From: the human T2T-CHM13v2.0 reference genome, Homo sapiens
NCBI RefSeq assembly: GCF_009914755.1
Contig: NC_060926.1
DNA: 64,000 bases
Strand: one strand, 5' to 3'
The number at the start of each line of letters is the position of its first letter. Positions within the stretch are counted from its first letter, which is position 1. Below the pieces are notes generated by a model that did no database searches, was not told where the DNA came from, and was given only the letters and a program-made list of their open reading frames with translations. Both the position numbers and the translations under genes were made by a program. Positions 47,836-64,000 of the stretch are shown one piece after another.

Positions 47836-50559
47836 AAATGTGACTGCTTCTCCTGGTACTGACTGAGCTTTGAGGTAACCTTAGTGGAGATAATGCAGAG
47901 GAAAAAGGAATGTGAACTGGTATTCTGTGTAGGCTCTGGGCCACGTTTGATGGTATACAAGTATATCCCTGTCAAAAAGAAAAAGCAAGGGACCAGAAAC
48001 ACTGCTTGAATGCCTCACAGAGAAAAGAGGAAGTTCCATCTTGATACTTTCTTTTGAGGTCATAATCTATCATTTCAAAGTCCAGATACCTAAAGGTATT
48101 GCAGAGTGGTCTCTACACAATTTATCCTTTTCTCTTTTTTCCCCTCTACTTTTATCTTTCTGTCCTTCAATTTAAAGGGATAAATAGAAAGTCATGCACT
48201 GAGGTTCAGAACACAAAACAACCATGCTAGGCCCCTTGGGGAATTACAAAGTGAAAGATAGGAATCTGGTTTCTTCTTTCAGGGAGCAGGCGGTTTAGTT
48301 GGGCTGATAGGATCTGAACATATCAGATGTCAAAATTAGCAGGACAAAGGTAAGTGCCAAGTGGAACCTGGCATTAAGCACTGTGGGAGTTTACAGGAAG
48401 AAGAGCTACTGGGGACTGAGGTAGCCAGCAAAAGCATCACGTGCTGAGAAGATTGCAGTAGCTCTACAACTTGGAACTGGAGGTCCAGCATTGAAGAGAA
48501 CATGTCTTCCAGGAACTCACTCAGAGCAAAGGCATAGAGACAAGACTCCCCAGGTGTGCTCAGTGGATGGGGAGAGAGCTGACCTGGGAGTAGCAACTAG
48601 TTTGTATGAGAGAATTAGGGACCCAAAATAGTGGAGCCAGGTGATTTTTGTGGGGCCTTGAGCATCAGGTAAGGAGTGGGAACTTAAAGCTGTAAGCTGA
48701 GAAGGGGTGAGGCCACACTCAGCTTCCTGCTTGGCCAGCCCTATTTCCCACGAGTCTTCTGCTCTTTCCTCCAGGTTTTCTTCAGATTTTTCTAACAATG
48801 AAAATAATGCCATTTTATTAATAAATTAAAATAGAAAATGTATTTCACTAGTAGCTAACTCTAGATTTTTCTGTTAGTAGTCTGAAGCAGCTCTAGGACT
48901 ACCAATGGGCTTAGGAAGGGCAACTGAGACACTGCTATGGAAATTCTAAGACATTCCTGGGTTTTTTTGGTTTGCTTTGTGACATAGTTAACTGGGTTTA
49001 AATTATCACCTGATGTGAAAATAATTTGTTGAAAGTGAAAAAAATCACCTCATCTAAGTATTCAATCTTATAAACGCAGAATAAGTGCACACCCCAAATT
49101 GCTTAGGGGATTCACTGAATGTCAAGAATTTTCTAAAGCTAACCTCAGTCACATGCATGTGCATAGAGACATAGTGTATCTTAGCGACTGACATTCAGGG
49201 ATTCAGACTTGTTTTGAGTTATTGTTTGGCCAAGTAAGTGTCAGGAAAGCTTTCTCCTGACTGGAATCACTCTTTTGGCAGTGGCGGCATCAGCTGGACA
49301 CACCTCTAGCTAACTCAGGTTCCCTGTCTCTCTTCTTTTCAGAAGGTGTGTGATATAAGGGCGTTCTCCTCCATTACATTATTTGTGCCTCTGGTGCTTC
49401 CAGATTCATAGTACTATACTCCCTTCCTAGAAATGGGAGCTTAAGATGCTCTCCATAACTGACTCTGGTTGCTTTACTTGCTTGGCTTCCATTTCATCTT
49501 TGATCTCTGAGCACTTCCTTTGCAACAACTTTAATTTCATCAGCTACTCATTATAAATCTGTTCAATTTTCTTGATTTTGTGAACCAGAATGGAAAAGGA
49601 TCTTGAAATCACATTACGTTAGGAGCCAATTGAAGGAACTGATGATCTAAAACAAGAGTTGAATGTCGTGTGCTTGGATCTACGTTTGCCCATGACTTTT
49701 CTCTGTGCTGCAAGATGAAAAGATCCTAGAGAGAGGGACTGTAAAAATGGTTATTAAAAGTCTATGGAATTAAATGTGAAGTCAAAGACATTCCAGTTTT
49801 TAAAAAGGCTTGTTTTGTGGAGGATAGCTAAGCCAAAGACATTATGTTCCTCCTTAATTATGAAGTACAGATGCCTCCCTCTAAGGCAAAATCTCCATTT
49901 GAAAATACTGCTGATATATAATCAGAAAAAGAAAATTATTGAGTTAGAGGACACATATTCTTTTGGCTCCAGCTTCTATGCTCTTCACTGTTTTTCTGTA
50001 AAAGTAAAGAAAAAGCTGGACATATCCCTTGATGGCTTTTTCCAGATTGGTTGCCTGATGGTTCTTGCTACAAGCAGGAAATGTAAATGTGATCCTCAGC
50101 TCAACTGAAGACAAGACCATAGTTACAAATTTTCAGGAACGATTTCTTTATTGTTGACTTTTTTCAGACATAGCCCAGGCTGAAACAGACAACCTTTGTG
50201 TTTGACTTAACCTAAGGGTGGAATTTTCTTCCTTTTAGGCAATTTTACAGTTAGAATATAGCCCTCCAATTTTTTTTCATTTATACAGGAGTCTCTGTTG
50301 TCTCTCTGAATCCCATGGGGACCCAACGCCTTGCAATTTATTATGGCTTATCTTTTAACATTGTTCTTTCCCTAGGATAGAGAAATCAATACCTTATCCA
50401 GTGTTGGCCCTTGACACTTTCCTTTCTGGAGAATTCATTTGTAATTTACAAAAAGTGCTGGTTACATTTTATCCAACACTTCTGGCTGCTATGTAATAAG
50501 ATGTTTTTCAGATGATCTCTCATCATATTATTGTCATATTGCTAAGTGAAAGTCTTAGA

Positions 50560-51973
<1,414 letters not shown>

Positions 51974-52679
51974 TCCAGCAAGTTTTTAACCTTAAGTCCT
52001 ATCAGCCCATACAAGACTTTTTTTCGTACACTGAGAGCATCTAACCTTCTCCAATTCACAATATTTTGTCCAAATATGTTTTACAAATCCAGTTGCCTCA
52101 GCTGGGATGCTTCCATTTGATGGTCTGCCTTATCACTTTTATCCTGACCACTGTTCACCATAAAGTCCTGTCTATCCTCACTACCTTTGCATACCTTCCC
52201 AGCTGCCTTTTTGGAATTGGCCTTGGTAATAAGTACATTGCCTTCTGAATTTCAGTGATTAGTTTTAAAAGAAGTTCCTCCAGTGAGAGGTTCATTAAGA
52301 AATGTGGATGAATATTTTTTAGAAGAAAATAGGGAAGTCTCCATTTGGCAGCTTCCTCAAAAGGTGCTGACTTCAGGGTAGAGGAGACTAACCAGTTGTG
52401 ATTCAGTCAGTTTGATGAGCATTTATTTGTTTTTAATTTCTGCCTTGAGGAATTTTTTACTTGGAACAAGAGGAGAAAACACATCTTTTTAAAAGATCTA
52501 TGGAGAATAATTGTTAAGAGCAGAAAAGCCAAAACAATAATCTGGTGCCTGAAAGCGGAGACTGTAGTAATTACTAATTAGGGTAAGTTTAAAATAATTC
52601 AGTTTATCTGCAACTCAATTTGTAGTTCATCCTTTTCTTGAGTCTATTTTCTTTCATCTTGGGCTCTTTTTTTCTTTCG

Positions 52680-53620
52680 CTTTCAATTTTACTGAACTTT
52701 GAAGTATAATGTACATACCAAATAGTAAATAGCATGATGGACTTTCACAAATTGAATACTCCATGTAAGCAGCACCCTGATTAAGAAATGACCAGCATCT
52801 TAGAAGCTCCTCGCATGCCTGTTTTCAGTCACTTTTCCTACCACCAAGGGTCGCTGTTATAGACTGACTTGTGTCCTCCCCATTTTTCCCCCTACCTGCT
52901 CTCAAATTCTTATGTTGAAGTCTTAACCTTTAGTACCTCAGAATGAGACCATATTTGGAAATAGTTTTTAGAGAGGTAATTAAGTGAGGTCATTCAGGTG
53001 GGCCCTGATCCAGTCTGACAAGCATCCTTATAAGAAGAGATTGGAACACAGACAGGAACTGAGGGAAGCTGTTGTGAAGACACAAGGAAAAGACTGCCCA
53101 AAAAGAGAGGCCTCAGAAGAAACCAGCCTTGGCCAACACCTTGATTTTCAATTTCTAGCCTCCAGGACTGTGAGAAAACCTTTGTTTAAGCATTCATTCG
53201 GTGGTTTTTTATGGCAACCCTGGAAACTAATATAGTTACCCTCCTAATTTCCAGTAGTGTAGGTTAATTTTGTCTTACTGGGTTCTTTGTAGAAGTGGAA
53301 TCATGCAGTATAACTCTTTTGTATCTGACTTCTTTCACTCAATATTATGTGAGATTCATCCATTTCGTTAGATTTAGTTGTAATCCGTTCATTCTCATTG
53401 TTATGGGAACAGATACTATAATTTATTCATTCTGTCGCTAATTGACATTTTTACAGCGTGTTTGTACAAATAGTTCTTCTATGCACGTTCTAGGACTTAT
53501 CATTCTTGTTGGATGTATATTGAGGAATAGAATTTTAGCTTCATAGAATATGCATAGGTTTACTTTTAGTAGTCCTGGCAAATAATTTTGAGAAGTCATG
53601 ATAGTATATGAAAATTGCAC
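52680..53620 (-). mobile_element. L1ME 3' fragment split by an MLT1A LTR
   Basis: tgaagtataatgtacatacc... resumes after the LTR as agtggaatcatgcagtataactcttttgtatctgacttctttcactcaatattatg. Confidence 0.65.
52855..53235 (+). mobile_element. MLT1A-type MaLR solo LTR
   Basis: tgttatagactgacttgtgtcc...aaattcttatgttgaagtcttaacc...gagaggcctcagaagaaaccagcc...tttttatggcaaccctggaaactaatata. Confidence 0.85.
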
Positions 53621-53918
53621 TACTGGTAGAAGTGTAGTATTATTTCTCTTTTAAATTTGATGAGACTATTCAAATTCAATGGAAGATATGTTATAGACGT
53701 CGTAGAACTAAATTAAAATGTTTTAATTTGGTTCAACTTTGAATGGAAGAGCTTAGCTAGATATATTCTTCCTACCCATCCATCTCTGCTGGTAATACAA
53801 GAGTTTATTAGAGATTAAATGCCTGCTATTGTGTGCAATGCCCTGTGTTATATGTTGGAGGGAATGCAGACACCAACAAGAATGGGCCTGATTCTCAAGA
53901 TTATAATGTATAATACAA

Positions 53919-54112
53919 CAGTAGATCTCAACCAGGAGCAATTCCCTCTTCCCTGCCCGAAGTATATTTGTCAATGACTGGAGACATTCTTAGTTGTTAC
54001 TATTGGCAGTGACATTGGCATCTAGTGAGAAGAGGCTGTTGGATGCTTTAAATGTCCTACAATTCACAGAGCAGTCTGCCCAAAACAAAATTATCTAGCC
54101 CAAAATGTCAGA
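53919..54112 (+). mobile_element. MER20 (hAT-Charlie), 3' tip apparently displaced by the L1MC
   Basis: cagtagatctcaaccaggagcaatt...atttgtcaatgactggagacatt...ggcatctagtgagaagagg...aattatctagcccaaaatgtca. Confidence 0.8.
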
Positions 54113-56034
54113 AGCTGAAAACTCCCATTTCTGGAAAGATGGAATGGATGTACTTTTCTATTCCTCCTGCTAAGTATGACAAAAAATTCTGAACATTATT
54201 TATTAAAAAGCAAACCAAAGACATGAAGGGACTCTGAAAGGTGTAAAGAAAATGACAGACTAGGGACTTCAAGACTCAAGGAACAACACAGTGCTGAGTT
54301 CACTAGGTTTTCTTTCAGTCTCATATATTCTAGACTTGAAGCTAAAGAAGTCAACATCCTGCAAATGCCATAGGCACTGGCAAAATAACCCCCCAACAGA
54401 AGTTTGCTCTCTAGCAGAAGGACCAGGAAGGGGGAAGCCTAGAAAGATAACTTTTAGACAATAGCTGCTCTACTGCAGCAAAACACTATGGAAAAAATTG
54501 TAGCCCCAATCCCATACCAGCAGAGGCTGAATGGAAAGCCTTGACTTCATCCTCAATAGGCTGTAATGAGATGTCCCAACCTTTCTGCTTGGGATTGTGT
54601 CAGAGAAGGACAAGTAAAGGTGACACTTGTCCCTCCCCACCAGGCAGTAACAAGGTCTCTTCCACAGTGTCAATGGAGACCGTGTTAGGGAGCCTAGACT
54701 TTCACCTCCACCAGCAACAATGAGATGCCTCTACTTTCCCCTGACCAAGGTTGTGTCAAAGGAGGCTTAATGGAGAGTCAAGACTTCACCCTTCACCGCC
54801 ACCCATTGGTATTGAGGCTACAACACATCTCCCATCCCATGGCATTAGTAGAGGCTACATGGGAAGCATTAATGAGGCACTCTTACCACTCTCAAACAGG
54901 GAGTATAAGATCAAGAGTGTCCTAACATAATAACAATATGTCCAGGCTTCAATAAAAAAAACCACTTGTCATACCAGGAAGATCTCAAACTGAATGAAAA
55001 ATAGCAATCAATAGACACCAACACCAAGATAAATACAGATGTTAGAATTATCTGGCAGGGATTTTAAAGCAGCCATAATAAAAATGTTTCAGTAAGTAAT
55101 AACAAACACACTTGAAACAAATTTTTAAAATCTCATCAAAGATATAGAAAATATAAAGGAGAACCAAATGGAAATTGTACAATTGTAACATAATGTACCT
55201 GAAATAAAAATCTCAATAGATGGGCTCAACAGCAGAATGGAAGGAACAAAGGGAAGAATTAGTGATGAATTTGGAAAACAGAGCAATAAAAATTATCCAA
55301 TCTGAACAACAGGTAGAAAATAGGCTGAGGGGAAAGAAACCTCTACAGAGCCTCAGAGATCTATGGAGCTGTAACAAATGTTTTAACACTACATCATCAG
55401 AGTTTCAAGAGAACAAGAGAAAGAGGGTGAAGCTGAAAAAAGTACTCAAAGAATTAGCAGCTAAAAGTTTTTCTAAGAAGCTGAGCAAACCCCAAAGAGG
55501 ACAAAACTAAAGCAATCCACACAAAAACACATAATAATAAAACTTCTAAAAACAAAACGTCTTGAAATAGCAAGAGAAAAAGAACATCTGATATGAGAAA
55601 CATTAGTTGAATGAAACGTTTTCATCAGAAACTATGGAGGCCAGAAGTCAATGGTACAATATTTTCCAACTGTTAAAAAAAGCTATCAATGCTGAATCTT
55701 ATATTCAGAGAAAATATCCTTCAGGAATGTGAAGAAATTAAGACATTTTCAGGGGAAGGAAAACTGAGAGAATTTGTCACTAGCAGACCTACCTTAAAAG
55801 AATGGCTGAAGGAAGCTCTATATGCAGAAAGGAAATGATAAAAGAAGGAAACTTGAAACATCAGAAAGGAAGAAAAAACTTAGTAAACGTACTTGATACT
55901 ACAATGCAGTACAACAGAATGTCCTTCTTCTCTTGAGTTTTCTGAATTATGTTTGACAGTTGAAGCAAAACTTATAATGCTGTCTGATGTGGTTCTAAAT
56001 ATATTGTAGAGGATTATTTAATACAATTATATTA

Positions 56035-56355
<321 letters not shown>

Positions 56356-58680
56356 TTAGGGCATAAAAAGAGGTAAGTTTTGTACACTTCACTTTAATTG
56401 GTAAAATTATGATGCCAGCAGGATGTGATAAGTTTTGCATATAATTTAATACCTAGCGCAACAATTTTAAAAAGAGATATACTCAAAAGCACTGTAGATA
56501 AATCACAATGGAATTCTAAAAAACATTGATGTAACCCATAGGAATGTAAGAAAAAACAAAAACAAGACAGAAAATAACAAAATTTGTCTTACCATATCAA
56601 TAACTACCTTAAATGTAAATGGCATAAATATACAAAATAAATGAAATGTATTGACAGAATATGTTAAACCATGACCCAAATATATGTCATCTGTAATAAA
56701 TTTACTTCAAAATAATTATATAAGCAAATTAAAAGAATGGAAAAAGATAGTAGGGAAACATTAATCAAAAGACTTCAGTGCAGATAAAATTACCAGAGGC
56801 AGAGAGGAACATTATAGCATGATTAAAAAGAAGCCCATCCACTAAGAAGATATAGCAATCTTAAGTATATAAGCATCACATAACAGAGCTGAAAAATATG
56901 TGCAACAGAATAATATAAAGGAAAGGAGGAATAGATAAATCTACAATTATAGTTGGAGACTTCAACACCACTCTTTCAAAAACTGATAGAACTACAGAAA
57001 GAAAATCAGCAAAGATATAGAAGAATTCAACAGCACCATTAACCAACAGAATCTAATTGACATTTACAGAACACTCCATCCAGCAACACCAGAATATACA
57101 TGGTTTTCAAGTGACCATGGAACACATACCAAAATAAACTATATCCTGAGCCATAAAGCAAACCTCAACAAACTTTTAAAAATTGAAATCATACAGAGTG
57201 TTTTCTGACACAATAGAATTAAACTAGAGATCAATGACAGAAAGATAAAAGGAAGGTCACCAAACACTTGGAAACTAAACAGTGCACATCTAAATAATCC
57301 ACAGATCAAAGATAAAGTCTTAAGGGAAATTTAAAAGACAATGAACTGAATGAAATTAAAACATATGAAAATTTGTAGGACACAGCAAAAACAATGCTGA
57401 GGCCGAAATTTATAGCACTATATGCACATATTTAAAAACAGGAAAATCAATTCTCTAAGCTCACACATCAAGAAGATGAAAAAGGAAGAGAAAAACAAAC
57501 CAAAAGTCAAACAAAGCAAGACTAAGCAAAAATCAGGAAATAATAATGATAAGAATAAAACTCAATGAGAATACATATACTAAAACATTTCATTGTACAC
57601 CATAAACATATACAATTTTTTTCAATTAAAATCAATGGAGAAAAACATTAAGGTACTAAGAAAAGGAAAATAAGGGAATAGTATGAACAACTCAAAAACA
57701 TAAGTTTGACAAGTTAGATGAAATGGACCATAACTCAAAAAACAAAGTACCACAATTCACTAAAAATGAGATAAATAGTCCTATAACTCCTAAGAATTTT
57801 TTTTATAACTTAAAAACACTCATAAAAGAACTCTTCAGGCCCAAATAATTTCACTGGAGAATTTTACCAAGTTTTAATAGAGGAATTAACACCAATTCTA
57901 GATAAAATCTTCCAGAAAATGGAAGAGAAGGGGGAATACTCAATTCATTTTATCAAGCTGGAGTTACCCTGATACCAAAACCAGACCAACACAGCACCAA
58001 ACAAACAAACAAACAAATACAAAATTCCAATCTATTATTTTTTTATGAATATAGACACTAAAGTTCTTAACAAAATATTGGCAAATAGAATGTAGCAATA
58101 TATGAAAAGAATTATGCACCATGACAAAGTGGGGCTTAGTCCATGGATACAAGGCTGGTTTAATCTCTGAAAATCAACCAATATAATCCACAGTGTTAAT
58201 AGGCTAAAGATGAAAAATCACATGTTCATATCAACCAATGTAAAACAATTGTCAAAATTAAACACCATTTATGATTAAAACCTCTCAGAAAAATAGGAAT
58301 AGCGAGAAACTTCTTCAACTTGATAACATCGATTAAAAACCTACCACTAACATTATGCTTAATGGTAAAAGACTGCATGCATTCCTGCTAAGACAGAGAA
58401 CTAGGCAATTATGTCTGCTTTCACTACTTTTATTTAGTGCAACCCTGTAGATTCTAGCATGTGCAATAAGACAAGAAAAGTAAATAAAAGACATACAGAT
58501 TGGAAAGGAAAATATGACTGTCCTTTTTCACAGACAACATGATTTCTATGTAGAAAATTCCAACAAATCTAAAGAGAATTCCTGGAACTAATAAATGAGT
58601 TCAGCAAGGTCATAGGATATACGATAAATTGAGAACTCAATTGTGTTTATGCTATCAATTAACATGTGGACACTGAAATT

Positions 58681-58740
58681 TAAAATATCCCATTTATATA
58701 TACCATTTAAAAATATACCATTTAAAATATAGCATTATAT
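58681..58740. repeat. Short degenerate tandem repeat, about 4 x (AAAATATACCATTT)
   Basis: taaaatatcccatttatatataccatttaaaaatataccatttaaaatatagcattatat. Confidence 0.7.
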
Positions 58741-60599
58741 TGCTCAGAAGAATTAAATACTTCCAGGTAAATCTAAGCAAAACATGTATAGGACTTGTAA
58801 GCTGAAAATTATGAAACGTCAATGAAAAAAATAAAATTTAAATAAATGGAAAGACCGTGTTCATAGATTGAAAGACAACATAGTAAAATGTCAGTTCTCT
58901 ACAGATTGTTATATAGGTTTAACACAATTCCTGTCAAAATCCCAGGAAGATTTTTTTTTTTTTAGATATAGACAAAAGTGTTCTACAGTTTATATGGAAA
59001 GATAAGAAACTGGTATAGCTAAAACGATTTTGAAAAAGAAGACTAAAGTAGAAGGAATCAAACTACCCTATTTCAGGATTTAATATACAGCTGTAGTAAT
59101 CAAGACTGCGGTACTGACAGAGAAATAGACATAGATCAATTAAACAGAATAAATAGACCTTAAAAATATGCCCATCTAATTTTTAACAAAGGTGTAAAAG
59201 CAATTCAGTGGAGGAAAGACAGCCTTTTTAACAAATGGTACTGGAGGAACTGGACATTCACAGGCAAAAAATGAATCTCAGCCTAAGTCTCACACTTTTT
59301 ACAAAAGTTAAAGTGAATCACAGACTTAAATGTGAAATGTAAAAACATACAGCATTTAGGAAAAAATAGAAGAAAATCTTCATAAATCTAGGGCTAGGTG
59401 AGGTTCTTAGACTTAATACCAAAAGCATGACTCATAAAAGAAAAAATAATAAATTAGACTTCATCAAAATTTAAAACTTTTTTACCCGGCACAAGACCCT
59501 GTTAAGAGAATGCAAATGCAAGCTATGAAATGGGAAAAATATTTGCAAATCACATATCTGACAAAGAACTGCTATCTAGAATATATAAATAATTTTCAGA
59601 ACACACCAGTAAACAAAATACATCATTAGAAAATAGGAAAAATATGAATAGACATTTCACCAAAGAAGATAACCAGATGGCAAATAAACACATGAAAACA
59701 TTTAACATCATTAGCCATAAGGGAAATGCAAATTTCAAACATGAGATATTATGATACTTCTATCAGAATACCTAAAATAAAGAATAAGAAAAATGCCACA
59801 TGCTAGTAAAAAGGAGGAGAAACTAGATCACTCAATACGTTGTTGGTAGGAATATAAAATGTTACAGCCACTCTGGAAAGCAGCTTGACAGTTTCTTAAA
59901 CAACTAAACATGCAACTACCACATAACCCAGCAGTTTCACTTCTGGTCACTCATACAGAGAAGTAAAAAGTTATATTCACACAGCAACCTCTACACAAAT
60001 GTTCATGGTAGCTTTATTAATAATATCTCTAAACTGGAAACAAACCTGGATGTCCTTTCAATGGCTGAATGGTTAAACCAACTTTAGTACATCTATGCCG
60101 TGGAATACTACTCAGCAATAAAAGTTAACAAACTCTTAAAAATTAACAAACCCAGTGAATGAGACTGAGTGAAAATGCCCAGTTCCAAAATACTACATGT
60201 TGTGTGACTCATTTATATAACATTCTCAAAATGACAAAATTATAGAAATGCAGTACCATTTAGTGGTTGCCAAGGGTTAGGGAAGGGGTGGGGGCAGGAG
60301 GGAAGAGGATGTGACTATAAAAGGTCAACATGAGGGATCCTTATGGCTGTGGAGAAGTTCTGTATCTTGATTGGGTTAATGTCAATATCACAGTTGTGAT
60401 ATTATACCATAGTTTTGCAGTTGTTACCATTTGGGGAAACTAGGTAAAAGGTGTAGAGGATCTCCTATTATTAATATTCCTTACAAATGCATGGGAATCT
60501 ACAGTTATCTCAAAATAATAGGTTAAATTAAAAAAAAAAAAAACAGTTTAAACACAAAAAAATCAATTGTTTTGATCAGGAACCATGATCTAGAAGAAA

Positions 60600-61830
60600 A
60601 GCCAGATATCCCAAATGAGAAAGTTAAGAAGGACTAAGACAACATGGAGAAGAGAGAAGATTAGCATTGACCTGGTTGGGAGGAAGATCAGGAAGATTTC
60701 ACAGAATTTATCACATTTGGATTGAGCCTTGAAGAATATCAGGTGTCCAGGAGTAGAAGATAGGAAAAAATATGCAGACCATGCTAAGGATGCACATTTT
60801 TCATCGTGCATGGTCAAAAGTTGTGGTACTATGTCTCAAGGTATATACGAGGCAATGAGGAGACAGTTTGGAGCCTCCATCAAGGAGAACCGTGAGTAAT
60901 GAGGGCTGAGTTTCAGATGCCAAGCTCTGAGTTAGAAATTAAATTAACTGATGATTCTATCAGGGAAGCGCAGTTACTCCAATGCACTTGACACACAGCT
61001 TCGGGAGCAGAGAGAGCAATGGCCTATTCCCAAGCCACTCAGGCAGGCCAAATAAGCCTAGTAATTCAGCAGTCAGGATTCCTTGACAATTAGGTGGCAT
61101 TCATGCTTTTGTGCGTGGCGGGTTGCATGTCAGAGACAAAACAAGAAACAATGAGGTCCGGAATTGAGGAAATGGAAAATGGAATAGAAAAGACCAGATG
61201 GATAATGGAGACATTTCAGAAGACTTGGAGACTCCCAGATTAGGGAGAAAAGTCTGAGCTGATTCCAGATTTCTAGTTCAAGTTACTGGAGAAGCTGGAG
61301 GTACAATATCCCAGGAGGTCCCTTCCTGAGATAGACACATGTGAAGATAAAAAGATGCAAGGGGGAGGGAGATAATGCGTTGGGTTGAGACACATTAGGT
61401 GTGAGGTAATGCTGGAAGTGTCCAGAAAATAGTTGGTAATTTGGTTCTACAGTTCAGGAAAAAGACTCAGACTGAACACATGGCATGAGAAGTTTGATGA
61501 GGCCACTTGAGTGAGAAGAGGTTCAAGGACAGAACATGGGAGAATATCGACTTTCATATTAGGGAAAGTGTTGAAAGTGGAGAGAACAGAGATTAGGAGA
61601 ACATCTGGAAGACAGAACTCTGAAGTCTAGGATGGAGAGTCCCACAGATGAGATTATCCATAGTAGAGTCCCAGAGTCACAAAGAGATCCTACAGGGTCA
61701 GACATGGGAAAAGGGCATGGAATTTGATGCGTAGGGCACAGTTGTTGCAGGGGAGTAGTGTGGCAGAAGTGAAGAGCTATGTGAACAGTAAGGAATGGGG
61801 GCAGGGAGAGAGCAGGCAGCTGCGACTGGC
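60600..61830 (-). mobile_element. Degraded L2 segments
   Basis: gatcaggaagatttcacag...ttgagccttgaagaata; ccagatttctagttcaagttactggagaagctggagg; gttgcaggggagtagtgtggcagaag. Confidence 0.55.
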
Positions 61831-64000
61831 CTTTCATTTTTCAGTATAATTCGTAATATTACTATTAAAGTATTTTCCTCCCATTAATTTTCTTGCACCT
61901 GGAAAATTATTCTCTAGCATCATTTTTATCAACCTGTATGTTTGTGAAGAAACTAAAACAAGCAGAACCATGAAGAATAATTGAGTGGCAAGAAAGCCTT
62001 TTATAAGAAAGTTGGACATTTGTAATGTCTCAATTCAAATCATCTTATGTATGTTTTGTTTAAATATAGTTTCTGTTATTAAAAACAATATTGGTGGGTA
62101 AATGAAAGTTTGCAATTTAGCTTTGGGTTACTTTTAACTTTCAGAACGAGATTATGAACTCTGTGTGCATGCGTGCACATGGGTGTGAATTTCATAAAAA
62201 TTATATTTTCCAATTGTTGATGAAGTTCTCTTTCCCATTTCTGATTTTAGTTGAATGCCTGTTAATCTAATAGTAAAAGACTTTTGTTTCACAACCTCTG
62301 GGAATACCATGTAGTTGCAGAATATGAGATTTTAGAGACAGAAACTAACCTGGTGGAAATTCAAATTCATCTTTTATCTTTTAGATAAAAGCCTTTGAAA
62401 TCCTTTTAGTGTGAAGTTATCAGCAGGCTTGATTCTCATATTACCTCATTACTAACCCAAGGAGTTTTCAAAATGCATAGAGAACAATGCTCTGTGGCTG
62501 AAACTAGGTTTTTATCACTACTCCAGTCCAGTGATAAGCCAAATGTGGCCCACCTAGTTCTACTTGGGAAATTCTGCCTGCTCACCCCGATAAACCTTTG
62601 GAGATCATGAGATCACAACACATATAGAAGGTTCTCATAAGTTGTGCACTGAAGAAACCTGTTCGAGTTTATTTGAGCATTTTCAAAACTTCTTAAACCA
62701 CAGAACCTTTTTCCACATTAACATTTCATAACTCACCTAGGGTTTTTGTAAGATAAGAAGTGGAATAAATGCTTTTGAAGGATTGATGCTTCAGCACTGA
62801 GGTCTGTACTGCTGGAAGTGATGGCAGTGTTCTCCATATATTTTTGTTTCATGGATTGGACTGGGTGAAGTACAAGAAAAAATTCTTACTGCACTGATCT
62901 CCCTTCTACCCCCAGAATGGCAAAAAATCAGCTTATTAGGTACTAAGGTTTTGCATGTGTTCCTGAAAAATTATTTTTATCAGTTGTTGCGTCTACTGTC
63001 ATTCAATGGAATACGCTCTCCATTATGTATAAGATATTTTGTTAAAGATAGAAAAGTATGAACAAAGAAGTAGTCATATCAAGTTCACCAATTGTTATTT
63101 TAAGGCTTACTTAAAACAGGATAATTCACTACTTGGGGGAAAAGGCTGATTTCCAAAACTGCAGCTATGTAGTGATTTACTCATTCCATAAGCCTATGAT
63201 CTTATCTGCTCGGATTTACATTTGGAGCAGTAAAACCTCTGGCAGCTGCTCTTAGCTGTCTGCATGAAGAGGAGACAGGAGATAAGAACATTCCTGATTT
63301 TATTGCTTTCTAGAACATTTGAAGTTGGGGTGGGGGTGGGAAAGATGAACCTATTGTGACCATAAACGTCCATCGAGTCTGATACCAAAGAAGTAAACCA
63401 GTCCTCTTAGAAGATGTGGTAAATCTCCCAGGCCACTGGCCTCCATTTGTCAAAACCTGTTAAGGCTTAAAAAAGAGGAGAGCTGCTGCCTCTTCTTCAA
63501 CAGAAAAGCAATCACTCCAATGTTAAGATAGTTTAGGGCTTTGGGATAATTATTGCCAGGTAGAAAACTTTCAACTATTCTTATTGTGAGCTCCCCAGAT
63601 GACCTTACCCTACTCCCAAAGAGCTCCATAGGACCCTGGGCAACCTTGGAGCAAGCTTCAGCCCAATCCAACTAACAATTCCAGCCGGGATGCAGTGTGG
63701 GACAGCATTTAGGGGAGGGTGTTGCCACAGACTCTGCCCAGGCACACCTGCCAATAGCATCACCACTGGGAAAGTGGCAGCTCTTAGTACGACTTAATTG
63801 GAGACCATTTGGGATTCCTGTCAGGTGAGGGTCTCTAGGAAGACTGTTAAAACCCCTGAGTTTTGATGACTTCCAGGATGTGTTGAAGGGTCTGTATTAG
63901 CTCATTCTCAAGACCTAAAATTTTCTTACGCTTTCTTCTTTGGACATTAGTTCTTCAGTTAAAAGCTGCCAAAATCATGACAGAATCTGGTGGGGGAGAG

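Overview
Human (primate) genomic DNA, AT-rich and CpG-depleted, lying entirely inside the LYPD6 gene (Ly6/uPAR three-finger protein, + strand). Two LYPD6 exons are present: the ATG-containing exon (34054-34242, CDS from 34125, signal peptide) and the next 99-nt exon (45465-45563, first half of the LU domain). The promoter or first exon and the later exons lie outside the window. The rest is intron filled with transposon fossils: a 5'-truncated L1PA3/4-type element nested in an older L1PB, an ERVL remnant, a near-full-length Tigger1, a near-full-length L1MC that appears to split a MER20, about ten Alus, MaLR LTRs, MER and MADE MITEs, MIR and L2. There is also an RPL17 processed pseudogene with a TSD. 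Nearly all ORF-track entries are repeat-derived or spurious. I found no convincing novel multi-gene system. The best leads are RNA-level hypotheses about LYPD6 (an overlapping uORF, a stop-free reading frame on a hypothetical exon-2 circle, intronic poly(A) and recursive splice signals) and unusual retrotransposon junctions. Repeat subfamily calls come from remembered consensus sequences and boundaries are approximate.
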